Source: Anaeromyxobacteraceae bacterium (GTDB lineage Bacteria > Myxococcota > Myxococcia > Myxococcales > Anaeromyxobacteraceae). Taken from it: a stretch of 64,000 nucleotides of DNA. Made by a program: the position numbers and the translations under genes. The stretch is from NCBI GenBank assembly GCA_047602405.1, contig JASGHJ010000001.1:1728001-1792000 (forward strand). The letters are read 5' to 3'. This document shows positions 9,158 to 18,408 of this stretch, in pieces (position 1 is the stretch's first letter; the number at the start of each line of letters is the position of its first letter). Under the pieces are notes generated by a model. The model made no database searches, was not told where the DNA came from, and saw only the letters and a list, made by a program, of their open reading frames with translations.

Positions 9158-10213
9158 GTGGCGGGCAAGGCGATCGGGATGATCTCGGGGGGGCTCGACT
9201 CGACGCTCGCGGTGGCGCTCGTGCGCCGCCAGGGCATCGAGGTGAAGGCCATCAACTTCTACACGGGGCTCTGCATCACCGAGACCCAGCGGCGCAAGGG
9301 CGGCCGCCCGGACGGCAGCGTCCCGCAGAACGAGGCCCTGCGCGCGGCGGCCGACCTCGAGGTCGACATCGAGTACGTCGACATCTCCCAGTCCGGCTAC
9401 TTCGACATGCTCGTGCAGCCGCGCTGGGGCTACGGCGCGAACGCGAACCCGTGCGTGGACTGCCGCGTCTTCATGATGAAGAAGGCGAAGGAGATCATGG
9501 AGGCGGAGGGCGCCGACTTCGTCTTCACCGGCGAGGTGCTCGGGCAGCGCCCGAAGAGCCAGCGGCGCGACACGCTCCGCATCGTCGAGCGGGAGAGCGG
9601 CCTCACCGGCCGGCTCGTGCGCCCGCTCTCGGCGCGCCTCCTCGAGCCGACCATCCCGGAGAAGGAGGGCCTGCTCGACCGCTCGAGGCTCGGCGACATC
9701 AGCGGCCGCTCCCGCAAGGCGCAGATGGCGCTCGCGCGCGAGCTCGGCATCGTCGAGTGGCCGCAGCCCGCCGGCGGGTGCTGCTTCCTCACCGACGAGA
9801 GCTTCTCCGAGAAGTTCTTCGACCTGCTCGACGCGCGGGAGCGGGCCGGGGAGGGCCGCCACCTCGACCGGGAGGACGTGGTGCTGCTCTCGACCGGCCG
9901 CCGGATCCGCCTGTCGCCGGGCGCGATGCTCATCGTGGGCCGCACCGAGGTCGAGAACGTGCTCCTCGAGAAGTTCACCGAGGGGCGCGCGCGGCTCGAG
10001 GGGAAGGACGTGCAGGGGCCGGTGGCGCTCGTCGAGGGCAAGCCGACCTGGGAGGAGCGGCAGCTCGCCGCCCGGATCGTGGCCCGCTACGGCAAGGGCA
10101 AGGATCGACCGGTGGTCGACGTCGAGTGGCGGGAAAGCGACGGCGAGACCGAGGTGTACGCCGTCGAGCCGGAGAAGGACGAGGCGAAGATCGAGTCCCT
10201 TCGGGTGGGATGA
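9158..10213 (+). CDS. PP-loop tRNA thiouridylase-like protein (ThiI/MnmA-like)
   Basis: SGGLDS PP-loop, NPCVDC, TGEVLGQRPKSQ and PAGGCC motifs; follows the tusA-like gene. Confidence 0.8.
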   Translation: MAGKAIGMISGGLDSTLAVALVRRQGIEVKAINFYTGLCITETQRRKGGRPDGSVPQNEALRAAADLEVDIEYVDISQSGYFDMLVQPRWGYGANANPCVDCRVFMMKKAKEIMEAEGADFVFTGEVLGQRPKSQRRDTLRIVERESGLTGRLVRPLSARLLEPTIPEKEGLLDRSRLGDISGRSRKAQMALARELGIVEWPQPAGGCCFLTDESFSEKFFDLLDARERAGEGRHLDREDVVLLSTGRRIRLSPGAMLIVGRTEVENVLLEKFTEGRARLEGKDVQGPVALVEGKPTWEERQLAARIVARYGKGKDRPVVDVEWRESDGETEVYAVEPEKDEAKIESLRVG

Positions 10214-10311
10214 CGACTGTGACCGGCGGATGACGCGCCCGGACAGCGAGCGTTTGGTTCACCACGGGGTCCCGTTCTGGTAGTACGACGACCCCAAAGG
10301 AGAGGGAAAAA

Positions 10312-13140
10312 ATGCCCCAGAAGCGCATCTACGCGTTCGGCGGTGGCAAGGCGGATGGCAACAAGGACATGAAGGAGCTGCTCGGCGGGAAGGGCGCCGG
10401 GCTCGCCGAGATGTCCTCGATCGGCATCCCGGTCCCGCCGGGCTTCACGATCACGACCGAGGTCTGCACCGAGTACTACCGCGGCGGCAAGAGGCTGCCG
10501 AAGGGGCTCGAGGCCGACATCAAGGCCGCGATGAAGAAGACCGAGGCCCTCACCGGCAAGAGGTTCGGTGACGCCGAGAACCCCCTCCTCGTGTCCGTCC
10601 GCTCCGGCGCCCGCGTCTCGATGCCGGGCATGATGGACACCGTCCTCAACCTCGGCCTCAACGACGTGACGGTCGCCGCGCTCGAGAAGAAGAGCGGCAA
10701 CGCGCGCTTCGCCTGGGACTCCTACCGCCGCTTCGTCGCGATGTTCGGCGACGTCGTGCTCGGCCTGAAGCCCGAGAAGAAGGAGGACCGCGATCCGTTC
10801 GAGGAGCTCCTCGAGGCGAAGAAGCACCGCCTCGGCGTGAAGTTCGACTCCGACCTCCCCACCGAGGCGCTGAAGGAGCTCGTCTCCGAGTTCAAGGCCG
10901 CCATCCAGGCGAAGAAGGGCATCGCCTTCCCCGACGATCCGTACGGCCAGCTCACCGAGGCCGTCCTCGCGGTCTTCCGCTCCTGGGAGAACGACCGCGC
11001 GAACGCCTACCGCAAGATGTACGGCTACCCGTCGTCGTGGGGCACCGCCGTCAACGTGCAGTCGATGGTGTTCGGCAACATGGGCGACGACTCCGGCACC
11101 GGCGTCGCGTTCACCCGCAACCCGGCCACCGGCGAGAACGACTTCTACGGCGAGTTCCTCGTGAACGCGCAGGGCGAGGACGTCGTCGCCGGCACGCGCA
11201 CGCCGCAGAAGATCGCCCAGCTCGCGGCGAAGTGGCCCGAGCTCGCGAAGCAGCTCGACGAGACGCGCCTCAAGCTCGAGCGGCACTACCGCGACATGCA
11301 GGACATCGAGTTCACCATCGAGCAGGGCACGCTGTACGTCCTGCAGACCCGCAACGCGAAGCGCACCGGCCTCGCCGCCGTGCGCATCGCGGTGGAGATG
11401 GCGGACGAGAAGCTCATCTCGAAGGAGGAGGCGCTCGGCCGCATCGACCCCGAGGCGCTCAACCACCTCCTGCGCCCGGTCTTCGACGCCGACCGGAAGA
11501 AGGAGTCGGTCAAGGGCGGCAAGCTCCTCGCGAAGGGCCTGCCCGCCGGCCCCGGCGCCGCCTCGGGGAAGCTCGTCTTCTTCGCCGAGGACGCCGAGGC
11601 GTGGAAGGCCCGCGGCGAGCAGGTCGTCCTCGCCCGCCACGAGACCAGCCCCGAGGACATCCGCGGCATGGCCGCCTCCGAGGGCTTCCTCACCGCCTTC
11701 GGCGGCATGACCTCGCACGCGGCGCTCGTCGCCCGGCAGATGGGCAAGGTCGCCATCGTCGGCTGCGAGGCGCTCTCGTTCGACTACCACGGCCGGAAGA
11801 TGACGGTCTCGACCGACAAGGGCGAGCGCGTCTTCCGCGAGGGCGAGTGGATCTCGATCGACGGCTCGACCGGCGAGGTCATCGAGGGCCAGCTCTCGAC
11901 GACGCCGTCGGAGGTCGTGCAGGTGCTCGTCGAGAAGACCCGCGACGCGAAGGACGCGCCGGTCTACCGCGAGTTCGCGAAGATCATGAGCTGGGCCGAC
12001 GGCGTCCGCCGCCTGAAGGTCCGCGCCAACGCCGACCAGCCCGATCAGGCCACCACCGCCATCGCCTTCGGCGCGCAGGGCATCGGGCTCTGCCGCACGG
12101 AGCACATGTTCTTCGGCGAGGGCAAGATCGGCCCGATGCGCGAGATGATCGTCGCCGAGTCGGTCGAGGCCCGCCGCGCCGCGCTCGCGAAGCTCCTCCC
12201 GGTGCAGCGCGAGGACTTCCGCGGCATCTTCGAGGCGATGGGGCCGCGCCCGGTCACCATCCGCACCATCGACCCGCCGCTCCACGAGTTCCTCCCGCAC
12301 GACGCCGCCGGCCAGGCCGAGCTCGCGAAGGCCACCGGGATGTCGCTCGAGAAGGTGAAGGCCCGGATCGACGAGCTGCACGAGTCGAACCCGATGCTCG
12401 GCCACCGCGGCTGCCGCCTGGGGATCTCGTATCCGGAGATCACCGAGATGCAGGCGCGCGCCATCTTCGAGGCCGCGTGCGACGCGGCCGAGAAGGGCGT
12501 GAAGGTCGAGCCGGAGGTCATGATCCCGCTCGTCGGCAACGTGAAGGAGCTCGACGACCAGGCCGCCATCGTGAAGGCCGTGGCGGACGAGGTCATCCAG
12601 AAGCGCGGCCAGAAGGTGAAGTACCTGGTCGGCACGATGATCGAGGTCCCGCGCGGCGCGCTCACCGCCGGCGAGATCGCGAAGACCGCCCAGTTCTTCT
12701 CGTTCGGCACGAACGACCTGACCCAGACCTGCTTCGGCCTGTCGCGCGACGACACCGCCCCGGTGCTCGCCGCGTACCTCGAGAAGGAGATCTACCCGGT
12801 CGACCCGTTCGTCTCGATCGACCGCGACGGCGTCGGCGCGCTCATGAAGATCGCCGCGCAGGCCGGCCGCGCCACGCGCCCCGGCATGAAGCTCGGCATC
12901 TGCGGCGAGCACGGCGGCGACCCGAGCTCGGTGGAGTTCTGCCACCAGGTCGGCCTCGACTACGTGTCCTGCTCGCCGTACCGGCTCCCCATCGCCCGCC
13001 TCGCCGCGGCCCAGGCCGCGCTGAAGGAGGCCGCCTCGGCCAAGAAGGCGGCGAAGAAGCCCGCCCCGAAGGCGACGAGGAAGGTCGCCGCGAAGATCGT
13101 GAAGAAGGCGAAGAAGCCGGCCGGCAAGAAGCGCCGGTAG
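10312..13140 (+). CDS. ppdK: Pyruvate, phosphate dikinase
   Basis: LLGGKGAGLAEM, SVRSGARVSMPGMMDT, GGMTSHAA (phospho-His) and GICGEHGG; AGGAG RBS; Lys/Ala-rich C-terminal tail. Confidence 0.97.
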   Translation: MPQKRIYAFGGGKADGNKDMKELLGGKGAGLAEMSSIGIPVPPGFTITTEVCTEYYRGGKRLPKGLEADIKAAMKKTEALTGKRFGDAENPLLVSVRSGARVSMPGMMDTVLNLGLNDVTVAALEKKSGNARFAWDSYRRFVAMFGDVVLGLKPEKKEDRDPFEELLEAKKHRLGVKFDSDLPTEALKELVSEFKAAIQAKKGIAFPDDPYGQLTEAVLAVFRSWENDRANAYRKMYGYPSSWGTAVNVQSMVFGNMGDDSGTGVAFTRNPATGENDFYGEFLVNAQGEDVVAGTRTPQKIAQLAAKWPELAKQLDETRLKLERHYRDMQDIEFTIEQGTLYVLQTRNAKRTGLAAVRIAVEMADEKLISKEEALGRIDPEALNHLLRPVFDADRKKESVKGGKLLAKGLPAGPGAASGKLVFFAEDAEAWKARGEQVVLARHETSPEDIRGMAASEGFLTAFGGMTSHAALVARQMGKVAIVGCEALSFDYHGRKMTVSTDKGERVFREGEWISIDGSTGEVIEGQLSTTPSEVVQVLVEKTRDAKDAPVYREFAKIMSWADGVRRLKVRANADQPDQATTAIAFGAQGIGLCRTEHMFFGEGKIGPMREMIVAESVEARRAALAKLLPVQREDFRGIFEAMGPRPVTIRTIDPPLHEFLPHDAAGQAELAKATGMSLEKVKARIDELHESNPMLGHRGCRLGISYPEITEMQARAIFEAACDAAEKGVKVEPEVMIPLVGNVKELDDQAAIVKAVADEVIQKRGQKVKYLVGTMIEVPRGALTAGEIAKTAQFFSFGTNDLTQTCFGLSRDDTAPVLAAYLEKEIYPVDPFVSIDRDGVGALMKIAAQAGRATRPGMKLGICGEHGGDPSSVEFCHQVGLDYVSCSPYRLPIARLAAAQAALKEAASAKKAAKKPAPKATRKVAAKIVKKAKKPAGKKRR

Positions 13141-13143
13141 GCC

Positions 13144-13192
13144 GTCCTTCGACTTCGGCCCGCTTCGCGGGCCTACGCTCAGGATGAGCGGA
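13144..13192 (+). repeat. REP-like palindromic repeat, family A, copy 1
   Basis: GTCCTTCGACTTCGGCCCGCTTCGCGGGCCTACGCTCAGGATGAGCGGA; near-identical inverted copies at 37154 and 49672. Confidence 0.8.
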
Positions 13193-13202
13193 GTCGTTCC
13201 AG

Positions 13203-13238
13203 GCCCTCTCCCCGCCGCGGGAGAGGGCCTTCTCGTTT
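13203..13238 (+). terminator. Hairpin after ppdK (terminator or repeat)
   Basis: GCCCTCTCCC-cgccgc-GGGAGAGGGC followed by a weak T-rich tract. Confidence 0.45.
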
Positions 13239-13355
13239 CGCTCGCCGTGGGCCAGGACTCCGGATGGGGTGGGCGGGTCCCGGCACGTGCCTCGGCCGCG
13301 CGGGTCCGCTAGGTCCCCGAGAACGTCGCACCCGAACCGCCCTGAGGCCTCCGGA

Positions 13356-13643
13356 TTGCCAGACGCCCCGCCCATCACGCTCTTCTTCCACGGGTCGCTG
13401 CGGAGCCACGCCGGCGGCGAGGCGCGACTCTCGCTCTCCGCCGCGAGCGTCCGCGCCGCCCTCGCGGAGCTCGAGCGCACGCACCCCGCGCTGTACGCCT
13501 GCCTCTGCGACGAGACCGGAGCCCTGCGCCGGCACCTCTCCGTCTTCGTCAACTCGAGGCACATCGCGGACCGCGAGGGGATCGAGACGCGGCTCGCGCC
13601 TGGAGATTCCGTCGTCGTCCTGCCCGCCGTCTCCGGAGGTTGA
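13356..13643 (+). CDS. MoaD/ThiS-family ubiquitin-like protein
   Basis: VFVN...PGDSVVVLPAVSGG with C-terminal GG; start codon uncertain (TTG 13356). Confidence 0.8.
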   Translation: MPDAPPITLFFHGSLRSHAGGEARLSLSAASVRAALAELERTHPALYACLCDETGALRRHLSVFVNSRHIADREGIETRLAPGDSVVVLPAVSGG

Positions 13644-13645
13644 AC

Positions 13646-14758
13646 GTGGCCGACCGTGTGATCCTGGCCGTGGGAACCAAGAAGGGCCTCTTCGTCGCCG
13701 AGGCCGCGAAGGGGCGGCGCAGGTTCCGGCTCCGCGGCCCGTCGGGCGCGGGGGTGCCCGTCTACTCGGCGCTCGTCGACACCCGCGGCAAGCCGCGCAT
13801 CTACGCGGGCAGCTGCAACCCGTTCTTCGGCATGAAGGTCCTGCGCTCCACCGATCTCGGGAAGACGTTCCAGGAGACCCGCTCGGCGCCGGCCTTCCCC
13901 AAGGGCGACGGGCGCGCGCTCGCGAACATCTGGGCGCTCGAGCCCGGCGCCGGGAAGGGCGAGCTCTGGGCGGGGGTGGAGCCGGCGTCCCTGTTCCGCA
14001 GCCAGGACGGCGGCGACAGCTGGGCGATGGTCGAGGGCATCAGCAACCACCCGCACGCGCGCAAGTGGCACCCGGGCAACGGCGGCCTCTGCCTGCACAC
14101 CATCGTCCGGACCGGTGAACGGATGCACCTCGGCATCTCCACGGGGGGTCACTACCTCAGCGAGGACGGGGGCCGGGCGTTCTCGGCCGCCAACACCGGC
14201 GTGGGCGCGGGGTTCGCCCCCGATCCGTTCCCCGAGTTCGGGCAGTGCGTGCACAAGATCGCCCGGCACGACGGCGCCCCGGGTCGCCTCTACATGCAGA
14301 ACCACGGCGGCTGGGGCGAGTGGGACGGCCCGGGCGGCCCGCGCCCGAACATCGGCGTGCTGCGCAGCGACGACCACGGCCGCACCTGGCGCTCGATCGC
14401 CCAGGGGCTGCCCTCCGACTTCGGCTTCCCCATCGTCGTGCACCCGCACGACCCCGACACGGTCTACGTGGTCCCGCTCGTGCCCGAGACGCGCACGTGC
14501 CCCGGCAGCGCGCCGGCCGTCTGGCGGAGCACGGACGGCGGCGGTTCGTGGAGGCGCCTCGCGAAGGGCTTTCCGAGGAAGGAGGCCTTCTTCACGGTCC
14601 TGCGCGACGCCATGGCCGCAGACGACCTCGGCTCGCCGGCCCTCTACCTCGGCACCACCACGGGCCAGCTGTGGATCGGCCGGGACGGCGGAGAGCAATG
14701 GGAGTGCCTGTTCGACTCGCTCCCTCCCATCAACTGCGTGAAGGTCGCGGTGGCGTAG
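13646..14758 (+). CDS. BNR/Asp-box beta-propeller protein (sialidase-like fold)
   Basis: VGTKKGLF at the N-terminus; repeated SxDxGxTW Asp-boxes; no signal peptide. Confidence 0.85.
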   Translation: MADRVILAVGTKKGLFVAEAAKGRRRFRLRGPSGAGVPVYSALVDTRGKPRIYAGSCNPFFGMKVLRSTDLGKTFQETRSAPAFPKGDGRALANIWALEPGAGKGELWAGVEPASLFRSQDGGDSWAMVEGISNHPHARKWHPGNGGLCLHTIVRTGERMHLGISTGGHYLSEDGGRAFSAANTGVGAGFAPDPFPEFGQCVHKIARHDGAPGRLYMQNHGGWGEWDGPGGPRPNIGVLRSDDHGRTWRSIAQGLPSDFGFPIVVHPHDPDTVYVVPLVPETRTCPGSAPAVWRSTDGGGSWRRLAKGFPRKEAFFTVLRDAMAADDLGSPALYLGTTTGQLWIGRDGGEQWECLFDSLPPINCVKVAVA

Positions 14759-14780
14759 GGCGCCGTCGCGCTCCCCGGGT

Positions 14781-15689
14781 TCACCCGCCCAGCTTCGCAC
14801 TCCGCAGCCCGTCGAGCAGCGCCCCCACCACCGGCGACTCCGCCGCGCCCGACGGCGTGAGCGCGCGCAGCACGAGCCCGCCGAGCGCCGGGCGGACCGC
14901 GACCTCCACGTACACGCCCTCGCGGAGCTCCTTCTCGATGGCGTGGACCGGGAGGAGCCCGAGCGCCTCGCCGCCCGCGAGGATCCCGCGCTTCACGCCC
15001 TCGACCGTCCCGAGCGCCTGCGTGCGCGGCGGCGGGAGCCCGGCCGCGACGAAGTGGCGGCGCAGCACGTCGTGGTAGTCCCCGGCCGCATCGCTCATGA
15101 AGAAGTCACAGCGCCGGAGCGCGTCCGCCGCCGCGGGCCCGCCCGCGAGCGGGTGGCCCGGCGCGCCGAAGATCACGAGCCGCGCCCGCGCGAGCGCCTG
15201 GCCCTCGTCGTCGGCGCGCTCCCGCTCCTCGGCCTCGAGCACGAGCCCGACGTCGCAGCGCCCCCCGGCGACCGCCTCGCGGATCTGCGCGCACGCGAGG
15301 CTCATCACCTCGACCCGCGTCCCCGGCCAGCGCGCGCGCAGCGCCGCGAGCCGCGCGGGCAGCACGTACGCGCAGAGCGACTCGACCGCCGCGACCGCGA
15401 GCCGCGCGTTCACCGCGGTCGACACCTTCGCGAGCTCGCCGAGGAGCTCGGTCCGGAGCGCGAGCATCCGCCGCGCGTGCGGCACGAGCGCCTCGCCCGC
15501 CGCGGTCAGGAGTGGACCCCGCCCGGCCCGCCGGAGCACCGCCGCGCCGAGCGCGCGCTCGAGCGCGACGAGGGTCTCCGAGACCGTCGACTGCGACGTC
15601 CCGAGCGCCCGGGCCGCGGCGGTGACGGTCCCCTCCTCGACGACGGCGAGGAAGACCTTGAGGTGCCTGAGCTCGAGCTCGGCCTTCAC
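14781..15689 (-). CDS. LysR-family transcriptional regulator
   Basis: LRHLKVFLAVVEEGTVTAAARALGTSQSTVS HTH; LTAAGEAL. Confidence 0.9.
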   Translation of the reverse strand: MKAELELRHLKVFLAVVEEGTVTAAARALGTSQSTVSETLVALERALGAAVLRRAGRGPLLTAAGEALVPHARRMLALRTELLGELAKVSTAVNARLAVAAVESLCAYVLPARLAALRARWPGTRVEVMSLACAQIREAVAGGRCDVGLVLEAEERERADDEGQALARARLVIFGAPGHPLAGGPAAADALRRCDFFMSDAAGDYHDVLRRHFVAAGLPPPRTQALGTVEGVKRGILAGGEALGLLPVHAIEKELREGVYVEVAVRPALGGLVLRALTPSGAAESPVVGALLDGLRSAKLGG

Positions 15690-15702
15690 GCGCGGAGCGT
15701 AC

Positions 15703-15719
15703 CATCGGCGCGCCCGATG
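15703..15719. promoter_or_regulatory. Putative LysR binding box
   Basis: CATCGG-N5-CCGATG dyad containing T-N11-A, between the divergent LysR and cysteine hydrolase genes. Confidence 0.6.
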
Positions 15720-15771
15720 ACCGCCATCGCCCCTTTGGAGCGCCCGGGGCGCCCTCGTACGGTCCCGGGCC

Positions 15772-16344
15772 ATGGAGACGTTCTCGAAGGACGCGGTGCT
15801 CCTGCTGGTGGATCTCCAGCGGGGGTTCGAGGAGCCGGCCTGGGGCCGGCGCTGCAACCCGACGATGGAGGCGCACGCCGCGCTCCTCCTCGAGGCCTGG
15901 CGCGGGATGCGGCGCCCGGTGGTCCACGCGCGGCACATGTCCACGCTCGCGGGCTCGCCGCTCCACCCCTCGAGGCCCGGGAACGCGTTCATGCCGGCGA
16001 CCGCGCCGCTCCCGGGCGAGCCGGTCGTCGAGAAGCGCGTCAACAGCTGCTTCATCGGCACCTCGCTCGAGGCGGACCTCCGGCGCATGGGCTGCGACAC
16101 GCTCGTCGTCGTCGGGCTCACCACCAACCACTGCGTGTCCACCACCGCGCGCATGGCGGGGAACCTCGGCTTCGACACGTTCGTGGTCTCCGACGCGACC
16201 GCCACGTTCGATCGCAGGGGACCGGACGGCGTCGTCCACCCTGCGGAGCAGATCCAGGCGATCGCGCTCTCGGACCTGCACGGCGAGTTCGCGACCGTGA
16301 TCGACGCCGCGACCGCCCTGTCCCGCACCACCTGGAGGCCGTGA
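15772..16344 (+). CDS. Isochorismatase-family cysteine hydrolase
   Basis: VDLQRGF, EKRVNSCF and GLTTNHCVSTTAR give the D-K-C triad. Confidence 0.9.
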   Translation: METFSKDAVLLLVDLQRGFEEPAWGRRCNPTMEAHAALLLEAWRGMRRPVVHARHMSTLAGSPLHPSRPGNAFMPATAPLPGEPVVEKRVNSCFIGTSLEADLRRMGCDTLVVVGLTTNHCVSTTARMAGNLGFDTFVVSDATATFDRRGPDGVVHPAEQIQAIALSDLHGEFATVIDAATALSRTTWRP

Positions 16345-18369
16345 TGACCGGAGCCCTCGTCCTCGCCGTCCTGCTCGCCGCCCCCGCCCCGGAGCCCGCC
16401 GCGGCCGCGCGCGGCCTCGGCCCCGCCGGCGTCGACCGCGCCGCCGACCCCTGCACCGACTTCCACGCCTTCGCGTCGGGCGGCTGGCGGGCCGCCCACC
16501 CGCTCCCGGCGGGCGCCCCGCGCATCAGCCCGCGGACGGTCGCGCGCGAGGCGAACGCCGCCGCGCTCGAGGCGCTGCTCCGCGAGCTCGCCGCGCGGAC
16601 CGACTGGCCCGCGGGCAGCGCCGAGCAGCTCGCCGGCGACGCCTTCGCCGCGTGCCTGGACGAGCGCGCCCCGGAGGCCGCGGGCCTCACGCCCGTCGCG
16701 CCGCTCCTCGACCGCATCGCGGCGGCCCGCACCCGCGCCGACGTGCAGCGCCTGCTCCGGCAGCTGCACGCCATCGGCGTCCACGTCGGGTTCAGGGCGG
16801 CGGGCGCGATGGACTTCCACGCCCCGAGGGCGTTCATCCTCGAGCTCTCGGCGGGCGCGCTCGGGCTCCCGGATCGCGCCGCCTACCTCGATGCGGACCC
16901 GAAGGCCGCCGCGGCGCGCGACCGCTACGCCGCCCACGTCGCCCGCCTGCTCGAGCTCGCGGGGACGCCGCGGGCGCGGGCGGAGGCGGACGCCGCCGAG
17001 CTCCTGGCGCTCGAGACCCGGCTCGCGCGGGAGGCCCTCGATCCCGCCGCGGCCTCCGACCCGGCCGAGACCGATCACCGGACGACCTTCGCCGGCCTGC
17101 AGGCGCTCGCGCCGGGCGTCGACTGGGCCGCGTACCTCGACGAGGCCGGGCTCCCGCGCGCCGACCTCAACGTCGCCGAGCCGCGCCTCCTCGCGGCGCT
17201 CGACCGCGAGCTGCGCGAGGCGCCGGTGTCCACCTGGCGGAGCTACCTCGCCGCCCGGCTCCTCGAGGCCGCCGCGCCGTGGCTCTCGAGGCCCTTCGCC
17301 GGGGAGGCGTTCGCCTTCCGTGAGGCGACCGCGCCGCCTCCCCGGGGGCGCCGCTGCGCCGAGGCCGTGGAGGAGCTCCTGCCCGACGCGGTGGGGAAGG
17401 TCTTCGTCGCGCGGTACTTCCCGGAGCCGACCCGGCGGCGGGTCCAGGCGCTCGCCGCGGACCTCCTCGCGGTGCTGCGCGAGGAGGTGGAGCGGGTCGG
17501 GTGGATGGCGCCCGCGACCCGCGCGACCGCGCTCGCGAAGCTCGCGGGCTACGACGTGGAGATCGGCCGCCCCGAGCGCTTCCGCGAGCTCCGCGGCGTG
17601 ATCGTCCGGCGCTTCACACCCTGGGAGAACGTGGTCGCCGCGCGGCGGTTCGCGGTCGCGGACGACCGGCGGCAGATCGGCAAGCCGAGCGACCCGGGGC
17701 GCTGGCAGCTCCCCGCGTCCTCGAGCGCCGCTTACCTCGACCTGCAGCTGAACGCGATCGTGCTGCCGGCTGGCTTCCTCCGCGGTGCGTTCGACGCCGA
17801 CGCGACCGACGCCTTCAACTACGGGTGGCTCCGGCTCGAACCTCGCGCACGACATGACCCACGTCGTCGACACGCTCGGGGCCGAGAACGACGTCCTCGG
17901 CCGGCCCGTGACCTGGTGGACCGCCGCCGACAAGGAGGGCTTCGAAGGGCGGGCGCGCTGCGTGGCGGAGCAGGCCGCGGCCTTCGAGGTGCGGCCGGGG
18001 CTCCACCTCGACGGGCCGCGCGTGCTCCGCGAGGCGGTGGGAGATCTCGAGGGGGTGCGGATCGCGTACGCCGCCCTTCGCCGGGTCATGGCGGGCAGGC
18101 AAGTCCCCACCGTGGACGGCTTCACCCCCGAGCAGCAGTTCTTCATCGCCGCGGCGCAGTCCCGCGCGGAGACGCTCGCGGAGGAGGCCGAGCGCCGGCA
18201 GGTCGAGACCGACTCCCACCCGGTCTCACGGTTTCGCGCGATCGCACCCCTCGCGAACCTCCCCGGGTTCCAGGCCGCGTTCTCTTGCGGGGATCGGTCA
18301 CCCATGGTGCGGCCGCCGGCGCGGCGATGCGCAATCTGGGTGGGCGACACCCACCCGTCCCCACTTTGA
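16344..18369 (+). pseudogene. M13 (neprilysin-like) metallopeptidase, frameshifted near 17823
   Basis: DPCTDFHAFA and NAIVLPAG...FNYG in one frame; GSGSNLAHDMTH, EAVGDLEG, QQFF and DSHP in the +1 frame; one extra G in TACGGGTGG. Confidence 0.75.
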
Positions 18370-18408
18370 CGAGGCACCGGGGCTCGGGCAGAGTGGCGTC
18401 GCGTCCTC

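Noticed and set aside
10087..12945. Long antisense ORFs (also 954-2837, 50827-54672, 42226-44388 and others)
   Set aside because: These are shadow frames of well-supported genes, expected in very high-GC DNA, and show no family motifs.
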